DNA of 64,000 nucleotides from contig NW_003314344.1 in assembly GCF_000143415.4 (NCBI RefSeq), forward strand, positions 380,336 to 444,335, in the 5' to 3' direction. The DNA is from Selaginella moellendorffii. Its lineage: Eukaryota; Plantae; Lycopodiophyta. Below are positions 63,913-64,000 of this stretch, piece by piece (the first letter of the stretch is position 1; every line of letters starts with the position of its first letter). The notes below the pieces were generated by a model. It had not been told where the DNA came from and did no database searches. It was given only the letters and a program-made list of their open reading frames with translations. The position numbers were made by a program, and so were the translations under genes.

Positions 63913-64000
63913 CACTTTCATGTAATATCTTTCTATTTCCACTTCCACCATTTCTAGAAAATCTCCAGCCTCCAAGATCAGTTGTGGAGGTAAGAGTTTA

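Overview
This is eukaryotic land-plant DNA. Very short GT-AG introns, tight gene packing, AAACCCTA telo-boxes and Tcn1-type chromoviruses suggest a compact lycophyte genome such as Selaginella (inference). The left 26 kb is transposon-derived. It holds a decayed minus-strand gene with a ParB/Srx-like domain and a bacterial-type beta-class amino-(N4C/N6A) DNA methyltransferase-like domain (2946-6415), and an ~84-bp hairpin tandem array upstream of that gene. Inserted into the array is a 12.55-kb TIR transposon (6847-19400). It encodes a Sola-like DDD transposase and, divergently, a spliced cargo gene joining a second degenerate MTase-like fold to an acidic linker and an FCP1-type HAD phosphatase domain. 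At least 20 copies of a 22-bp palindrome occur throughout this element, and I saw none outside it. The right part has host genes: DIS3L2, a conserved plastid-type protein, two CYP71-clan P450s, a GT47 glycosyltransferase, AP-3 beta, a small secreted Cys-rich protein and a small Zn-binding protein. It also has local pseudogene duplicates and a nested LTR cluster (a Ty3/gypsy containing a self-priming chromovirus and a TRIM). All calls come from reading motifs by eye; no database search was run.
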